From a virus (taxonomy: Duplodnaviria > Caudoviricetes): DNA of 64,000 nt. Under the pieces are notes generated by a model, which worked only from the letters and a program-made list of their open reading frames with translations, ran no database searches and had not been told where the DNA came from. Made by a program: the position numbers and the translations under genes. Each line of letters starts with the position of its first letter. Position 1 is the first letter of the stretch. The stretch spans positions 1 through 64,000 of IMG/VR virus record IMGVR_UViG_3300028914_001625. One strand, given 5' to 3'. Shown one piece after another: positions 43,397 through 52,874 of this stretch.

Positions 43397-45633
43397 CTCT
43401 CAACGTAATCGCCCTTAGTGCCTTCATCAGTTTCTGGATATTGGCGCGGGACGCTTAACGTAATACTAAACTTATCCATATCCGTATGTATAGTATTTAT
43501 TTCCTCAGCGTCATAAAGCGTTGACTCGTTGTCGAGAATGATGTCTGTTGCTGATTCATCTCCTGAAGCAATGATCTTGTAGAATCGCTTCCAGTCAGTC
43601 ATGATCTGCTTATCATCGCCGTCGCCAAAATAAGCCTTACATACTGAATTGATGAAGTCAATGTTATCAGTTCTGACCACATCAACGTTCTTTGACATTC
43701 CTGGAAGTTTCAAAGTATAGAAAATTTCAACTTCACCAGAAGGCAAACGACAAAGGACAGGAATACCAATCGTATTCGGATAACGGTCAGTGCCCTTTGA
43801 AGCATAGTGAACCTTTGGCAGTCTTACTGTCTGATAATTTCGTTCGTCATAATGCGAAAACTTCGTGTCATGAATCATCTTGATAGACTTATAGTCAAAT
43901 CGCATTGAGTCATGAACGATAGCAGAGGTCATGCGAGGTCCTTTAATGAAACGAGTGATGTCGTAATAGTAAAGCACCTTTGACGAGCCTGTGTAGCGAG
44001 GCTCTTTCATAATCTCGTCAAACTTATCCCAGCCGTTCTTGCCGTTCCAAACGAACAATTCAGTTGTGTACTGTGTCGTTCTCTTGAATGTACACCAGTT
44101 AGCCAAAGTGTTTGACCACCACCAGACAGGTTTCGTCATCTTATCTTCATCATTATTCATAAGTACTTTTGACTTTAAGTAACCGTTCTCACCTTCAGGC
44201 AATGTGTCAGTAGTAGCGCCTTGTGCGTAATACTCCTTAGGAGTTTTCCAAGCATTCTTGGGATCGTTCAATGCTTCATCGAGAATTTCATCAACATTTC
44301 TATTGTCAGAAAGTACTGGCTTAATGTTAATCGCTTTGACGAAGATAGACTCGGTCGTGTAGTAATGTCTTGCCATTACATTATAGTTGGCCTTGACATA
44401 GTTTCCGCCGTCCATGTAAATCAAAGCAAGGTTATCATCATTTGTTCTTGTAGTCGATGTAGCTGTAATGTCTTCTGTATTCTGAATGATAGGTGTCTCA
44501 TCTCTAAATTCATTAGCGAAGAGAACCATATCCTTCATCTTGTAAGTAGCAGAATAAGTATAGTAAGTGCAAGTGCCAAAAAGACTGTTGCTTCTTATCT
44601 GCATTATGTTATTCAAGACATTCTTATACACTGGGTTGTCTACCCAGTAATAAATTCCTGATGAAGTATTAGTCACTGGTCTATACCAATCGTCACCTAG
44701 CTTAAACATGTGGAGTTTAAGTGTAGAGTTCCAGAAGAGGTTATTGGTATGAAGCAAGCAAAGCGCATTATTATCAAAGATCTTAAGGTCAGGTCTTTGT
44801 GCATTGATAAGCGGCCAGAAATAATCAATAGTAGCGACATCTGGCAAAGAAGCTGGAATAGCGACTGCCTGTCCTGTAGTCGGGTCTATGACTCCTCTAA
44901 GTCCAAAGAATCCCCAGAAAGCAGTAAGTATCTGCCACATATCATTCTTTTTGTTTATAGGATAGTTTGGATCTCTTAAAGTGACAGCCCATCTACCAAA
45001 ATCGTAAAGAGTGAACTCATCTTGAGTCCAGCGTTTTGAACAGTAGCTTCTTACATACCACAAGAACGAAGAAAATGCGTTCATGTCAGTAGCATTAGCA
45101 AGTGGAATCGTATTTCCTTGTGCATCAAGAATTGCTTGATTAGTGGTTTCGTCCCACTTTATGCCGTTGACTAAAACGCCTGCTTCATATCCTAGAAGAT
45201 AGTAAGCATGCCCATTTTCAGGTGCAGTTATTTCGTCAAGTGTGCCTTTTACGTCAGTAGGTAAAAGTCTTACTACTGTCAGACGCTTATCATTAATGAA
45301 GTCATAATCAGTACCGTAGCATTTATCAGCGGTCATAACTTCGCCAGGCTTGAGCGGAGTCAATGTAGGCCATGAATCAGTGTTCAATCCTTTATTAAGA
45401 ATCGTAGCATCTGACGCATTAGCCATGTATTCTAATGCATTGTCATTAAACTTTGTGTTCTGAAGAATTCTTGGGTCTTCTGCTACATCTTCATATCTGG
45501 AAAGGTCTGTCTTAATGTAAGGACAGAGTGTAGCATCTGCTTCGGTGCCGTTTTTCGGTATGTAGTAATGGACAAACCCAGGCCAGATATGTCCAAGACG
45601 ATCTATGTTCCAATCATAATAAACCATACCCAT
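43384..45633 (-). CDS. Putative virion protein (749 aa)
   Basis: Long ORF within the structural operon. Confidence 0.55.
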   Translation of the reverse strand: MGMVYYDWNIDRLGHIWPGFVHYYIPKNGTEADATLCPYIKTDLSRYEDVAEDPRILQNTKFNDNALEYMANASDATILNKGLNTDSWPTLTPLKPGEVMTADKCYGTDYDFINDKRLTVVRLLPTDVKGTLDEITAPENGHAYYLLGYEAGVLVNGIKWDETTNQAILDAQGNTIPLANATDMNAFSSFLWYVRSYCSKRWTQDEFTLYDFGRWAVTLRDPNYPINKKNDMWQILTAFWGFFGLRGVIDPTTGQAVAIPASLPDVATIDYFWPLINAQRPDLKIFDNNALCLLHTNNLFWNSTLKLHMFKLGDDWYRPVTNTSSGIYYWVDNPVYKNVLNNIMQIRSNSLFGTCTYYTYSATYKMKDMVLFANEFRDETPIIQNTEDITATSTTRTNDDNLALIYMDGGNYVKANYNVMARHYYTTESIFVKAINIKPVLSDNRNVDEILDEALNDPKNAWKTPKEYYAQGATTDTLPEGENGYLKSKVLMNNDEDKMTKPVWWWSNTLANWCTFKRTTQYTTELFVWNGKNGWDKFDEIMKEPRYTGSSKVLYYYDITRFIKGPRMTSAIVHDSMRFDYKSIKMIHDTKFSHYDERNYQTVRLPKVHYASKGTDRYPNTIGIPVLCRLPSGEVEIFYTLKLPGMSKNVDVVRTDNIDFINSVCKAYFGDGDDKQIMTDWKRFYKIIASGDESATDIILDNESTLYDAEEINTIHTDMDKFSITLSVPRQYPETDEGTKGDYVERWES

Positions 45634-45639
45634 TATTTA

Positions 45640-47133
45640 TTAGTATAGTTTATAGACGCGCTCGACCGTCTCGAACTTTTCTCCTTCATAATATGCCTGT
45701 CTTTCTCTCCAGTGCTTGACAAGATAGTTGTCAACTGTTCTACCTGTTCGAGTCTGATAGGTAAGATCATCAATGACATCAAACAATGTAACATTGTTCT
45801 TCTGCTGATGCTTTCTCAATCCACGACCGATAGTCTGAAGAACTGTAATCTTTGATTTACTATCTGCGAAGAGAATTACATCGTGAAGCTTAGGTACATT
45901 CACGCCCACTGCCATCGTCTGGTAGTTAGCGACAAGAATAGTTCCGTCCTCGGTATTGATGTCCTTTCTAATCTTATTACGTTCGGAGCCTTTAACGCCG
46001 CCGTAAATGACTTCAATCTTGCGAGTCGGGAAAACCTTCTTCAACCAGCTTGCTACGTCCTTTAGATGCTGGACGTGGTTCACGAGTATAAGAATGTTAT
46101 TGTTTATATTACGATGAGAAATAATGAATTCCAGGACATTATTCCGGCCCTCAAATGACTCGACCATTTTGACCTCTTCCTGCCAAGATCTGTTCTTGTT
46201 TTGCTGAACAAACTCAGGCGGGAACTTGGCAAAGATATTCATTATCTTAATCTTCGCAAGAACGCCTTGGTCAATCAGTTCATGAGACTTAAGCTCATAG
46301 ATGATATTTCCAAGGTTTGCTTGAATCTTCATCTGCGAGAGTTCATCAGTAGGTAAAGTACCAGTACATCCGAACTTTACTTTTGCATTTACGCAGTGTT
46401 GAAGAATGTCAAAGAGCTTCATCGCCTTAGCGCCGTGCGTTTCGTCAACGATTACAGCGTCATACTTCTCAAAGAACTCTGGTTCCTTATGCTGTAACGA
46501 TTCCCATGTCGAGATAAGGACAGGCATGTCAAAGTCTGCCTTGTTGCCGTCTCCCTGGATGGTAATCTCTTTATCAGGATCGTCATAACCGTAATCGAGA
46601 AGGTCATCACGCATCTGATAGATGAGATGAATCGTCGGAACGATAAGAAGAATGTGCTTGTAATTTTCCTTTCTTAACGCACGGACAATGTTATAGATCA
46701 TCAAGGACTTACCTGAGCCTGTGCAGGAAAGCAAGATGCCTCTCTTGTGTGTAAGGGCAGCTCTTATCGCCTCGTCTTGATAAGGACGAAGTGTCTTTCC
46801 CGAGTTTCTCATGAAGTACTCGGTGCTCTCTTTATACTTAGCTTCATTCAAGGTTCTTGTGAGTTTCTCTTCATCAATGCCGTCGAGCTCATATTCATAA
46901 TGCTCTTGCTTGCACCAGTTGAGAAGGTCTTCCAAGAATCCGTAAGGAAGCAACCCTGAGCCAGGACGGAAGAAATGTGTCTTGCCGTCCCAACGTCTGT
47001 CTTTATATGCTTGAGAATACTGATAGCCTGACTTGTATGCTGCATAACGAGAATGCACTTCAGACAAGATGTCTAGCTCACCTTGTAACTCAAGAAATGA
47101 TTCGTTTACTTTGCTAATTCTAATATCTGTCAT
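45640..47133 (-). CDS. uvsW: UvsW-like SF2 DNA helicase
   Basis: LRPYQ, TGSGKS, IVPT, DETH, GCTGT, LQTIGRGLRK, FDVIDDL. Confidence 0.9.
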   Translation of the reverse strand: MTDIRISKVNESFLELQGELDILSEVHSRYAAYKSGYQYSQAYKDRRWDGKTHFFRPGSGLLPYGFLEDLLNWCKQEHYEYELDGIDEEKLTRTLNEAKYKESTEYFMRNSGKTLRPYQDEAIRAALTHKRGILLSCTGSGKSLMIYNIVRALRKENYKHILLIVPTIHLIYQMRDDLLDYGYDDPDKEITIQGDGNKADFDMPVLISTWESLQHKEPEFFEKYDAVIVDETHGAKAMKLFDILQHCVNAKVKFGCTGTLPTDELSQMKIQANLGNIIYELKSHELIDQGVLAKIKIMNIFAKFPPEFVQQNKNRSWQEEVKMVESFEGRNNVLEFIISHRNINNNILILVNHVQHLKDVASWLKKVFPTRKIEVIYGGVKGSERNKIRKDINTEDGTILVANYQTMAVGVNVPKLHDVILFADSKSKITVLQTIGRGLRKHQQKNNVTLFDVIDDLTYQTRTGRTVDNYLVKHWRERQAYYEGEKFETVERVYKLY

Positions 47134-47137
47134 AAAT

Positions 47138-47145
47138 TATTTATA
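47138..47145 (-). promoter_or_regulatory. T4 late promoter consensus TATAAATA, 4 nt upstream of the uvsW ATG
   Basis: Exact TATAAATA on the minus strand. Confidence 0.65.
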
Positions 47146-47150
47146 AGAAA

Positions 47151-47172
47151 AGAGGGAGCATACACTCCCTCT
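47151..47172 (-). terminator. Intrinsic terminator abutting the uvsW late promoter
   Basis: agagggag/ctccctct stem, T-run on the minus strand. Confidence 0.65.
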
Positions 47173-47202
47173 AATTGCTTAAATTATGACAGAAAGGACT
47201 AC

Positions 47203-47826
47203 TTATTCTTCGTCAGTCTTTTTCTTTCTTGTTGCTTTCTTTACTGGTGTTTCTTCTTCAACAGTAGCAGGCTCTTCTGCGATGTCTACTGGTGCATCAG
47301 TGACTTCTTCAGTTTCACCTTCGGTCTTACCATCATCTTCACATACTGGTTCTTCAGTAGCTGTGTACTGAATTGGTTCAGCAGGCTCAGTTGCTTCTGT
47401 CTGAACGTAAGACATTTCAGGTGGAAGAATTGGTTCCTCTTCCTTCTTAGCGTTCATTGCTTCATACTGTGCTACTGTCATCTTGCGCTCGACGAGAAGC
47501 TTTCTGTATTCAGCTGGAACATTGTGCGACTTACAGTATTTCATCAATATCATGAATGCCTCATATTCCTTTTCCCACTCATCCATCGCTGACTGCTGTG
47601 GCTGAGGTCTATGAACTGGAACTACCTTCGGTAATACCCTTGCTGCTGTCTGCTTGTTCTTCTTATTCTGTTCTTTCAATACACTATCAGGTACTGGGAA
47701 CTTTGTATTTGCATTTGCTGTGTGGAACATTCCGTATGCCATGTTTCTTTTATCCCTCCTTAATTTTCTCATAATAAGAAACTCTCCATTATAATAATTT
47801 CTATATTTATTTGGAGGCTCTACCAT
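47203..47826 (-). CDS. Hypothetical protein with acidic low-complexity tail (start likely MAYGMF)
   Basis: aaggagg SD before MAYG; AATAAATA at 47804-47811. Confidence 0.6.
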   Translation of the reverse strand: MVEPPNKYRNYYNGEFLIMRKLRRDKRNMAYGMFHTANANTKFPVPDSVLKEQNKKNKQTAARVLPKVVPVHRPQPQQSAMDEWEKEYEAFMILMKYCKSHNVPAEYRKLLVERKMTVAQYEAMNAKKEEEPILPPEMSYVQTEATEPAEPIQYTATEEPVCEDDGKTEGETEEVTDAPVDIAEEPATVEEETPVKKATRKKKTDEE

Positions 47827-47829
47827 CTT

Positions 47830-48230
47830 TATTTGATATGGTAACTGGAGACAGTAAGCCCATACGGGGAACTTACTGACTCAAGGCTTTCACTTTATTT
47901 TGACTGGTGAACTGTTTGACCTTGTAAGAAGTCTTACTGTAAGTTTTACTGGGCGGCTATCCGGTACCCAGGCTTAACTAACTTACATGCTTATAGCGGC
48001 ATGCAAAACACGGGCTAGGTGTTTTTCCTTCGGTTCTACATATATGAGTCTGAAGCGAACCTTATTCAGATATGACTTGCACATGCCGATAGCTCATTGG
48101 GTTGAGTCTCGCTCCTGTAAGCAAGATTAAAATGTTTGAGTCAAATATAATTACTTTTGCCGGCTAAATGAACAACGGAAAAATTTTTCCTAAGAGCCTA
48201 GAGAATCCTGTAAAAGTCCTTTTGACTTGT
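47830..48230 (-). ncRNA. Candidate structured non-coding RNA or replication-origin element
   Basis: No credible ORF; several hairpins; 7 GTAAG/CTTAC pentamers; candidate leftward promoter at 48235-48263. Confidence 0.35.
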
Positions 48231-48375
48231 TCTATATATAACAACTTTTTTCGTTTTTGGCGGTTTTACTTCAAATTCTTTCTCAGGAGTTCATGCTTCC
48301 TTCTGCTAGGAAAGATTTTAAGCGGACAAATTTTAAGTATAAATTTATTAAATTTCAATCAGAGGTTATAAGTAT

Positions 48376-48804
48376 ATGGCACTACTGACTAATGAAAAAT
48401 TTGCGGCTATGAAGATCATGGCGGACGCCGATGTAAAGATGGGCGACACCTTGACGGAGATAGCTAAGAAAAACTCTGAATTACCTGGCTTAATTCAGAA
48501 ATGGACTAAGTATTATACAAGACAGAACTATGAAGTCACAATGCTGGAAATCGCATTAGATGAATCATACGGCGAGTTGTATAGAGACAAGAAGTTTAAT
48601 GACAATGTAGACTGGGGAACATCTTCTAAAGGGATAGATTCTCAGATTAGATGCGATAAGGGATACTGCGAAAAGCTTAGACAGTTGGCGGCGCAGAAAT
48701 ACTACCTTAATTTCATTTCGGAAACTCTTGCTAATTTAAAGCAGATGCATTACACTATCAAGAACTTCAACGACTACAAGAAAATTACAACGACAAACTT
48801 GTAA
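48376..48804 (+). CDS. uvsY: UvsY-like recombination mediator
   Basis: 142-aa helical protein; LPGLIQKW.KYY and the C-terminal MHYTIKNFNDYKK resemble UvsY; synteny with uvsW, 46 and 47. Confidence 0.65.
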   Translation: MALLTNEKFAAMKIMADADVKMGDTLTEIAKKNSELPGLIQKWTKYYTRQNYEVTMLEIALDESYGELYRDKKFNDNVDWGTSSKGIDSQIRCDKGYCEKLRQLAAQKYYLNFISETLANLKQMHYTIKNFNDYKKITTTNL

Positions 48805-48849
48805 TAAATTTAGAAAATTTTCATGCAGCAAAGAATTGTGTAAATTCTT

Positions 48850-48858
48850 TGTTATATT
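48850..48858 (+). promoter_or_regulatory. Extended -10 promoter TGTTATATT upstream of gene 46
   Basis: TGn plus TATATT; no good -35. Confidence 0.45.
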
Positions 48859-48884
48859 TTATTATGTAAAAAGAAGGTTTAATA

Positions 48885-50642
48885 ATGCATGTAGAGTTCA
48901 AAACATTAAAATTCAAAAACGTGCTTTCTTATGGTAACCGTTGGACAGAAATTGACTTTACTTCTGGCTTGAACTTAATCAAGGCTACCAACGGTTCGGG
49001 TAAGTCTGCAATTCTTGACGCTATAAACTTTTGCTTGTTTGGAAAGCCCTTTAGAAATATAAAAATAGGGCAGCTCATCAACAAGTATAATGCGAAGAAT
49101 CTCGTTGTCGGAATGACATTCCAGATTAACAAAGACGAGTATGAAATTATTCGTGGCTTAAAGCCTGGCATTTTCAAACTCGCCCGAAACGGAAATGAAA
49201 TTGATGACTTGTCTTCAAAGCGTTTGAACCAGGAAGAAATTGAAAAGCTCCTCGGAATTAATGAAAGACTTTTTAAGAACATTGTTGGTATCGCTGTTAC
49301 GAATAACAAACCGTTCTTGACAATGTCTATCGGCGATAAGCGTTCTCTCATCGAGTCCATCTTCAACATTGACGTCTTGTCAGCGATGGCTCGTGAAGTA
49401 AAGAAGAGAAACACTTTGAATGACTCTGAGCTTCGTCTTAAGCTCAGTGAGAATAAAGGCATTCAGACCTCTATCGCTGATAACAAGTCTTACATCGAGC
49501 GCATCAACAAGTACATTGAACAGTTTGATGAAACGAAGAGAACAACTTGTGAAAATCTTCAGAAGTCAATTGGTGAGTATGAAAAGGCAATTACTTCTAT
49601 TGAGTCAAACATCAGCAAGGGCAACAGCGCAGTCGAGAAACTCGAAGCAAAGGTTGAACCTCCAAGTACTGAAGACTTCATAAAGGTCTCTCAGGAAATT
49701 GGTGCTGCTCAAAATACAGAGAAGACTGTAACGAAAAATTTGAAGGACATTGGCGAAGGCGCCTTCTGTCCGCTCTGTGGTGGTGAACTTGATGAAGGAC
49801 ATTCTGTCACTCACATCAAGGAGCTTAAAGCAACGCTTGACAAGTTGAAGAATGAAGTACTTCCTCGTTTGCTTGAACAGCAAGCAGCTCTCAACAAGAA
49901 GAAAGAAGAGTATGATGCTTTGCAGCAGAAGATTAACGTCATCAAGCAAAAGGTAGTTGCTGAACAAGTCAAGTTGAAGACAAACACACAGCACCTCGAG
50001 ACTTTAAGAAAACAGCTCAAGACAGAACAAGAAAAGAAATGCGACTTCAATACAGCCGATTATGAAAAGAAACTTGTTGAACTTGAGATTACCGCAGCAA
50101 AGCTTGGTTCTGAAATCACTGAAGCAGAACATCGTCTCAAGATAGACAGTAAACTTATTGATATTCTTGGTGACGAAGGTTTGAGAATGTACTTCTTCAA
50201 GAAGTTGCTTCCAATTCTTAACAAGCGCATCAACTATTACTTGAAGCGTTTTGAATTGCCTGCTACTCTTGAACTCAACCCGATGATGGAAGAGACAATC
50301 ACGACTGGTCGTTTCGAGCAATCGTATAACCAGTTCTCAAATGGTGAGAAGGCTCGCATTGACATGGCTATCTTGTTGTCATTCTTTGACATCAGTAAGA
50401 TGATCTCTAACTGGTCATGCTCAATCTTGTTCGTTGATGAAGTGATGGACGCAGGCGTTGACTCGAACGGTACTGAACAGTTCTTGTCAACATTCTATTC
50501 AATCGTTTCTGAGGAAGACAAGAATGTTGGAATTTATATCATCTCCCACAAGTTGGCAGATGTACAGATTAACTGGAGTAATGTAATTGAAGTTCAGAAG
50601 AAGTCTATGTTCTCTGAGCTCAAGAAAGGAAGTGAAAAATGA
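48885..50642 (+). CDS. gp46/SbcC/Rad50-like recombination ATPase
   Basis: KFKNVLSYGN, NGSGKS, CPLC zinc hook, FSNGEKARID, FVDEVMD, ISHK. Confidence 0.92.
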   Translation: MHVEFKTLKFKNVLSYGNRWTEIDFTSGLNLIKATNGSGKSAILDAINFCLFGKPFRNIKIGQLINKYNAKNLVVGMTFQINKDEYEIIRGLKPGIFKLARNGNEIDDLSSKRLNQEEIEKLLGINERLFKNIVGIAVTNNKPFLTMSIGDKRSLIESIFNIDVLSAMAREVKKRNTLNDSELRLKLSENKGIQTSIADNKSYIERINKYIEQFDETKRTTCENLQKSIGEYEKAITSIESNISKGNSAVEKLEAKVEPPSTEDFIKVSQEIGAAQNTEKTVTKNLKDIGEGAFCPLCGGELDEGHSVTHIKELKATLDKLKNEVLPRLLEQQAALNKKKEEYDALQQKINVIKQKVVAEQVKLKTNTQHLETLRKQLKTEQEKKCDFNTADYEKKLVELEITAAKLGSEITEAEHRLKIDSKLIDILGDEGLRMYFFKKLLPILNKRINYYLKRFELPATLELNPMMEETITTGRFEQSYNQFSNGEKARIDMAILLSFFDISKMISNWSCSILFVDEVMDAGVDSNGTEQFLSTFYSIVSEEDKNVGIYIISHKLADVQINWSNVIEVQKKSMFSELKKGSEK

Positions 50643-51682
50643 AAGTAGCTTTAATCGCTGACTTGCATATTGGTGTAAAGAAATCTGATAAGACTTTTCA
50701 GGAGTCGCAGTTACGATTTTTCAGAGAGCAGTTTGTTCCTGAACTCATTGACGAAGGCGTCAAGACAATCATCGTTTGCGGCGACGTCTTTGACACAAGA
50801 CAGACTATCAACGTAAGCACTGAGAACGTCGTTCTTGACTTGTTTAAGAATACATTCAAGGATTTTGATGTTCACGTCATTGTAGGCAACCACGACATCT
50901 ATCATACAACGACTACTGAGGTCAACTCATTGAAAGCGTTGAACTTGTTGCCTAATGTCACTGTTTACGAGAACCCAACTGAGGTAATGCTTGGTAATGA
51001 AAAGGTCTTAATGCTTCCGTGGATTACGAAGTATGAAGACTTTGACAAGATAGTTCTTGACAACTATCGTTATTGCTTCGCTCATCTTGACGTCGTCGGT
51101 TTTGATATGGGCTGCAAGAATATGTCAACCGATGGCATAAGCGTTCAGTCAGTCATTAAGAAGATTCAGTACACATTCACTGGACATTATCATACAAGAT
51201 CTCACCGCGTCATGCCAAAGGGACAGGAGATTACTTACATCGGTTCTCCTTATCAGATTACCCGTGCTGACAGAGGCGAGGACAGAGGTTACATCTTGCT
51301 TGAACTTGATGACGGTATGTTTGAATGGAAGAACAACACGAAATCAATGCTCTTCACCAAGTATGTCTATCCTGTTATTAACAAGAGCAAGATTAAAGGC
51401 AATCAGGTTGACATCGAAATTCCGTTCAACATGCAGAACGAGACAAAGAAGATCTATGACCTTGTTGCTGAGCTTAACGCATTAGGTCCGGCTTACCCAA
51501 TCAACACATTCTATGGTGAACCGCCTGACGCTGATGATAAGATTACCATTGATGTTGACCAGCTCAACCTCATTGTTCTCTTTAAGTCATACATCGAGCA
51601 GATAGAGACTGACCTTGATAAGAATGAACTTTATCAAGAACTAATCAAACTGTTTGATATGTTCAAAGGAGCTAACTCTTAA
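50639..51682 (+). CDS. gp47/SbcD/Mre11-like nuclease
   Basis: ADLHIG, GDVFD, VGNHD, LPWI, GHYH, YIGSPYQ. Confidence 0.92.
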   Translation: MKVALIADLHIGVKKSDKTFQESQLRFFREQFVPELIDEGVKTIIVCGDVFDTRQTINVSTENVVLDLFKNTFKDFDVHVIVGNHDIYHTTTTEVNSLKALNLLPNVTVYENPTEVMLGNEKVLMLPWITKYEDFDKIVLDNYRYCFAHLDVVGFDMGCKNMSTDGISVQSVIKKIQYTFTGHYHTRSHRVMPKGQEITYIGSPYQITRADRGEDRGYILLELDDGMFEWKNNTKSMLFTKYVYPVINKSKIKGNQVDIEIPFNMQNETKKIYDLVAELNALGPAYPINTFYGEPPDADDKITIDVDQLNLIVLFKSYIEQIETDLDKNELYQELIKLFDMFKGANS

Positions 51683-51933
51683 TGACAGCACAAGAATTAG
51701 TCGCTAACAAAGACAAGATCTTTGACTTAGCATTTACACTAATCAAAACAAATCAAGTCGGACGATGGAGATGGTCCGACTTCGTTGATTATGTAACTGA
51801 ATATAAGCTAGATGAAAATTTAGATGACTGCTTTGACTTTAAAGACGACATGCCAATGATGACAAGCGCTCACTTTACAGCAAATAGAATCTTATACAAA
51901 ATTGAAGAACACATCAAGAAAGGAAACTACTAA
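51682..51933 (+). CDS. Hypothetical protein
   Basis: TAATG-coupled ORF. Confidence 0.6.
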   Translation: MTAQELVANKDKIFDLAFTLIKTNQVGRWRWSDFVDYVTEYKLDENLDDCFDFKDDMPMMTSAHFTANRILYKIEEHIKKGNY

Positions 51934-52874
51934 TGAATAAGCACATCGTTTTACTTACTAAGCCTTATGACGTTAAGGAATGGGCACATTGGTATGCCTA
52001 TCACAAGGCTATGGGTTGGATCATTCACGTCATTGCTAACCTTGACGGCGAAGCAGATACTGACTGCAAGAAGGCTATGGAAAAGATGATACAGCCTGGC
52101 CTTGACATTTGGTATGGACAAGCGGTTAATGCCTACTCGTCTATTCCTGTTCATAACAGCCAGTATGACACATTTGAAGTTCTTTACGGTTGGCCTGACC
52201 AATGGAATCTTTTCAACAAGATCTTGAACACAAACAAGTATGGTTTTCGTGAAGGCGATTTGGTCACTTTCATTGATGACGACGAGTACTTGTGGTTCTA
52301 CGCTGACTTCTGGGCATTAGCTGAAGCAGGAACCCCTGAAGCAAACGGCAAGCATTACGAAACGCTTGCAGAATACATGAAGAAGAACAACCCACACAAG
52401 AAACCGCTTCTTGTTCCACAGATTTTGATGTCAGATAAGACTTTGCCTGACTATGATTTCAGCGTTAAGTCTGCAGTAAGCACAAAGTTCTATGCAAGAA
52501 ATGACCAGTCTTCTCAGGGCAAGGCAATTATCATATTTGACCCGAATGTCACTTACGATTTTACATTCAAGTCTGGTGAAGAATTGGGACATGTGCCTGC
52601 TATCAACGGCGTTCGTGACTCTCTTGTAAACATGGTAGGCGAGTCATTCACGACTTATGGAGCTCTTGACCCGAATGCTTGTGTTCGTCTTTACCACTAT
52701 CATTTGAAGTCAAAGTCTGACTATTTGAAGAAGTGGAGAAGAGGCTCTGTATCTCATCAGCAACAGTGGAAACCTGAAGACGTGACAAAGAATCTTGCTT
52801 ACGGCAACTATACACGTCTTGATATGACAATGCAGAACACTTGTGCTTTGTTAGGTTTGGAGATTAGAAGATAA
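51933..52874 (+). CDS. Glycosyltransferase, GT92/GT2_4-like
   Basis: DVKEWAHWYAYHKAMG, FIDDDEYLW, KAII, LYHYHLKS..DY.KKWRRG. Confidence 0.65.
   Translation: MNKHIVLLTKPYDVKEWAHWYAYHKAMGWIIHVIANLDGEADTDCKKAMEKMIQPGLDIWYGQAVNAYSSIPVHNSQYDTFEVLYGWPDQWNLFNKILNTNKYGFREGDLVTFIDDDEYLWFYADFWALAEAGTPEANGKHYETLAEYMKKNNPHKKPLLVPQILMSDKTLPDYDFSVKSAVSTKFYARNDQSSQGKAIIIFDPNVTYDFTFKSGEELGHVPAINGVRDSLVNMVGESFTTYGALDPNACVRLYHYHLKSKSDYLKKWRRGSVSHQQQWKPEDVTKNLAYGNYTRLDMTMQNTCALLGLEIRR

Noticed and set aside
47830-48230. tmRNA, RNase P RNA, group I intron or tRNA
   Set aside because: I found no tRNA-like ends, TTCGA T-loop, RNase P P4 signature or intron P7 motif by eye. It is kept only as an unclassified element.
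48830-48850. Inverted repeat aaagaatt/aattcttt as a sixth hairpin promoter
   Set aside because: No -35 at 17-nt spacing and no G-rich stem. Only the extended -10 is supported.
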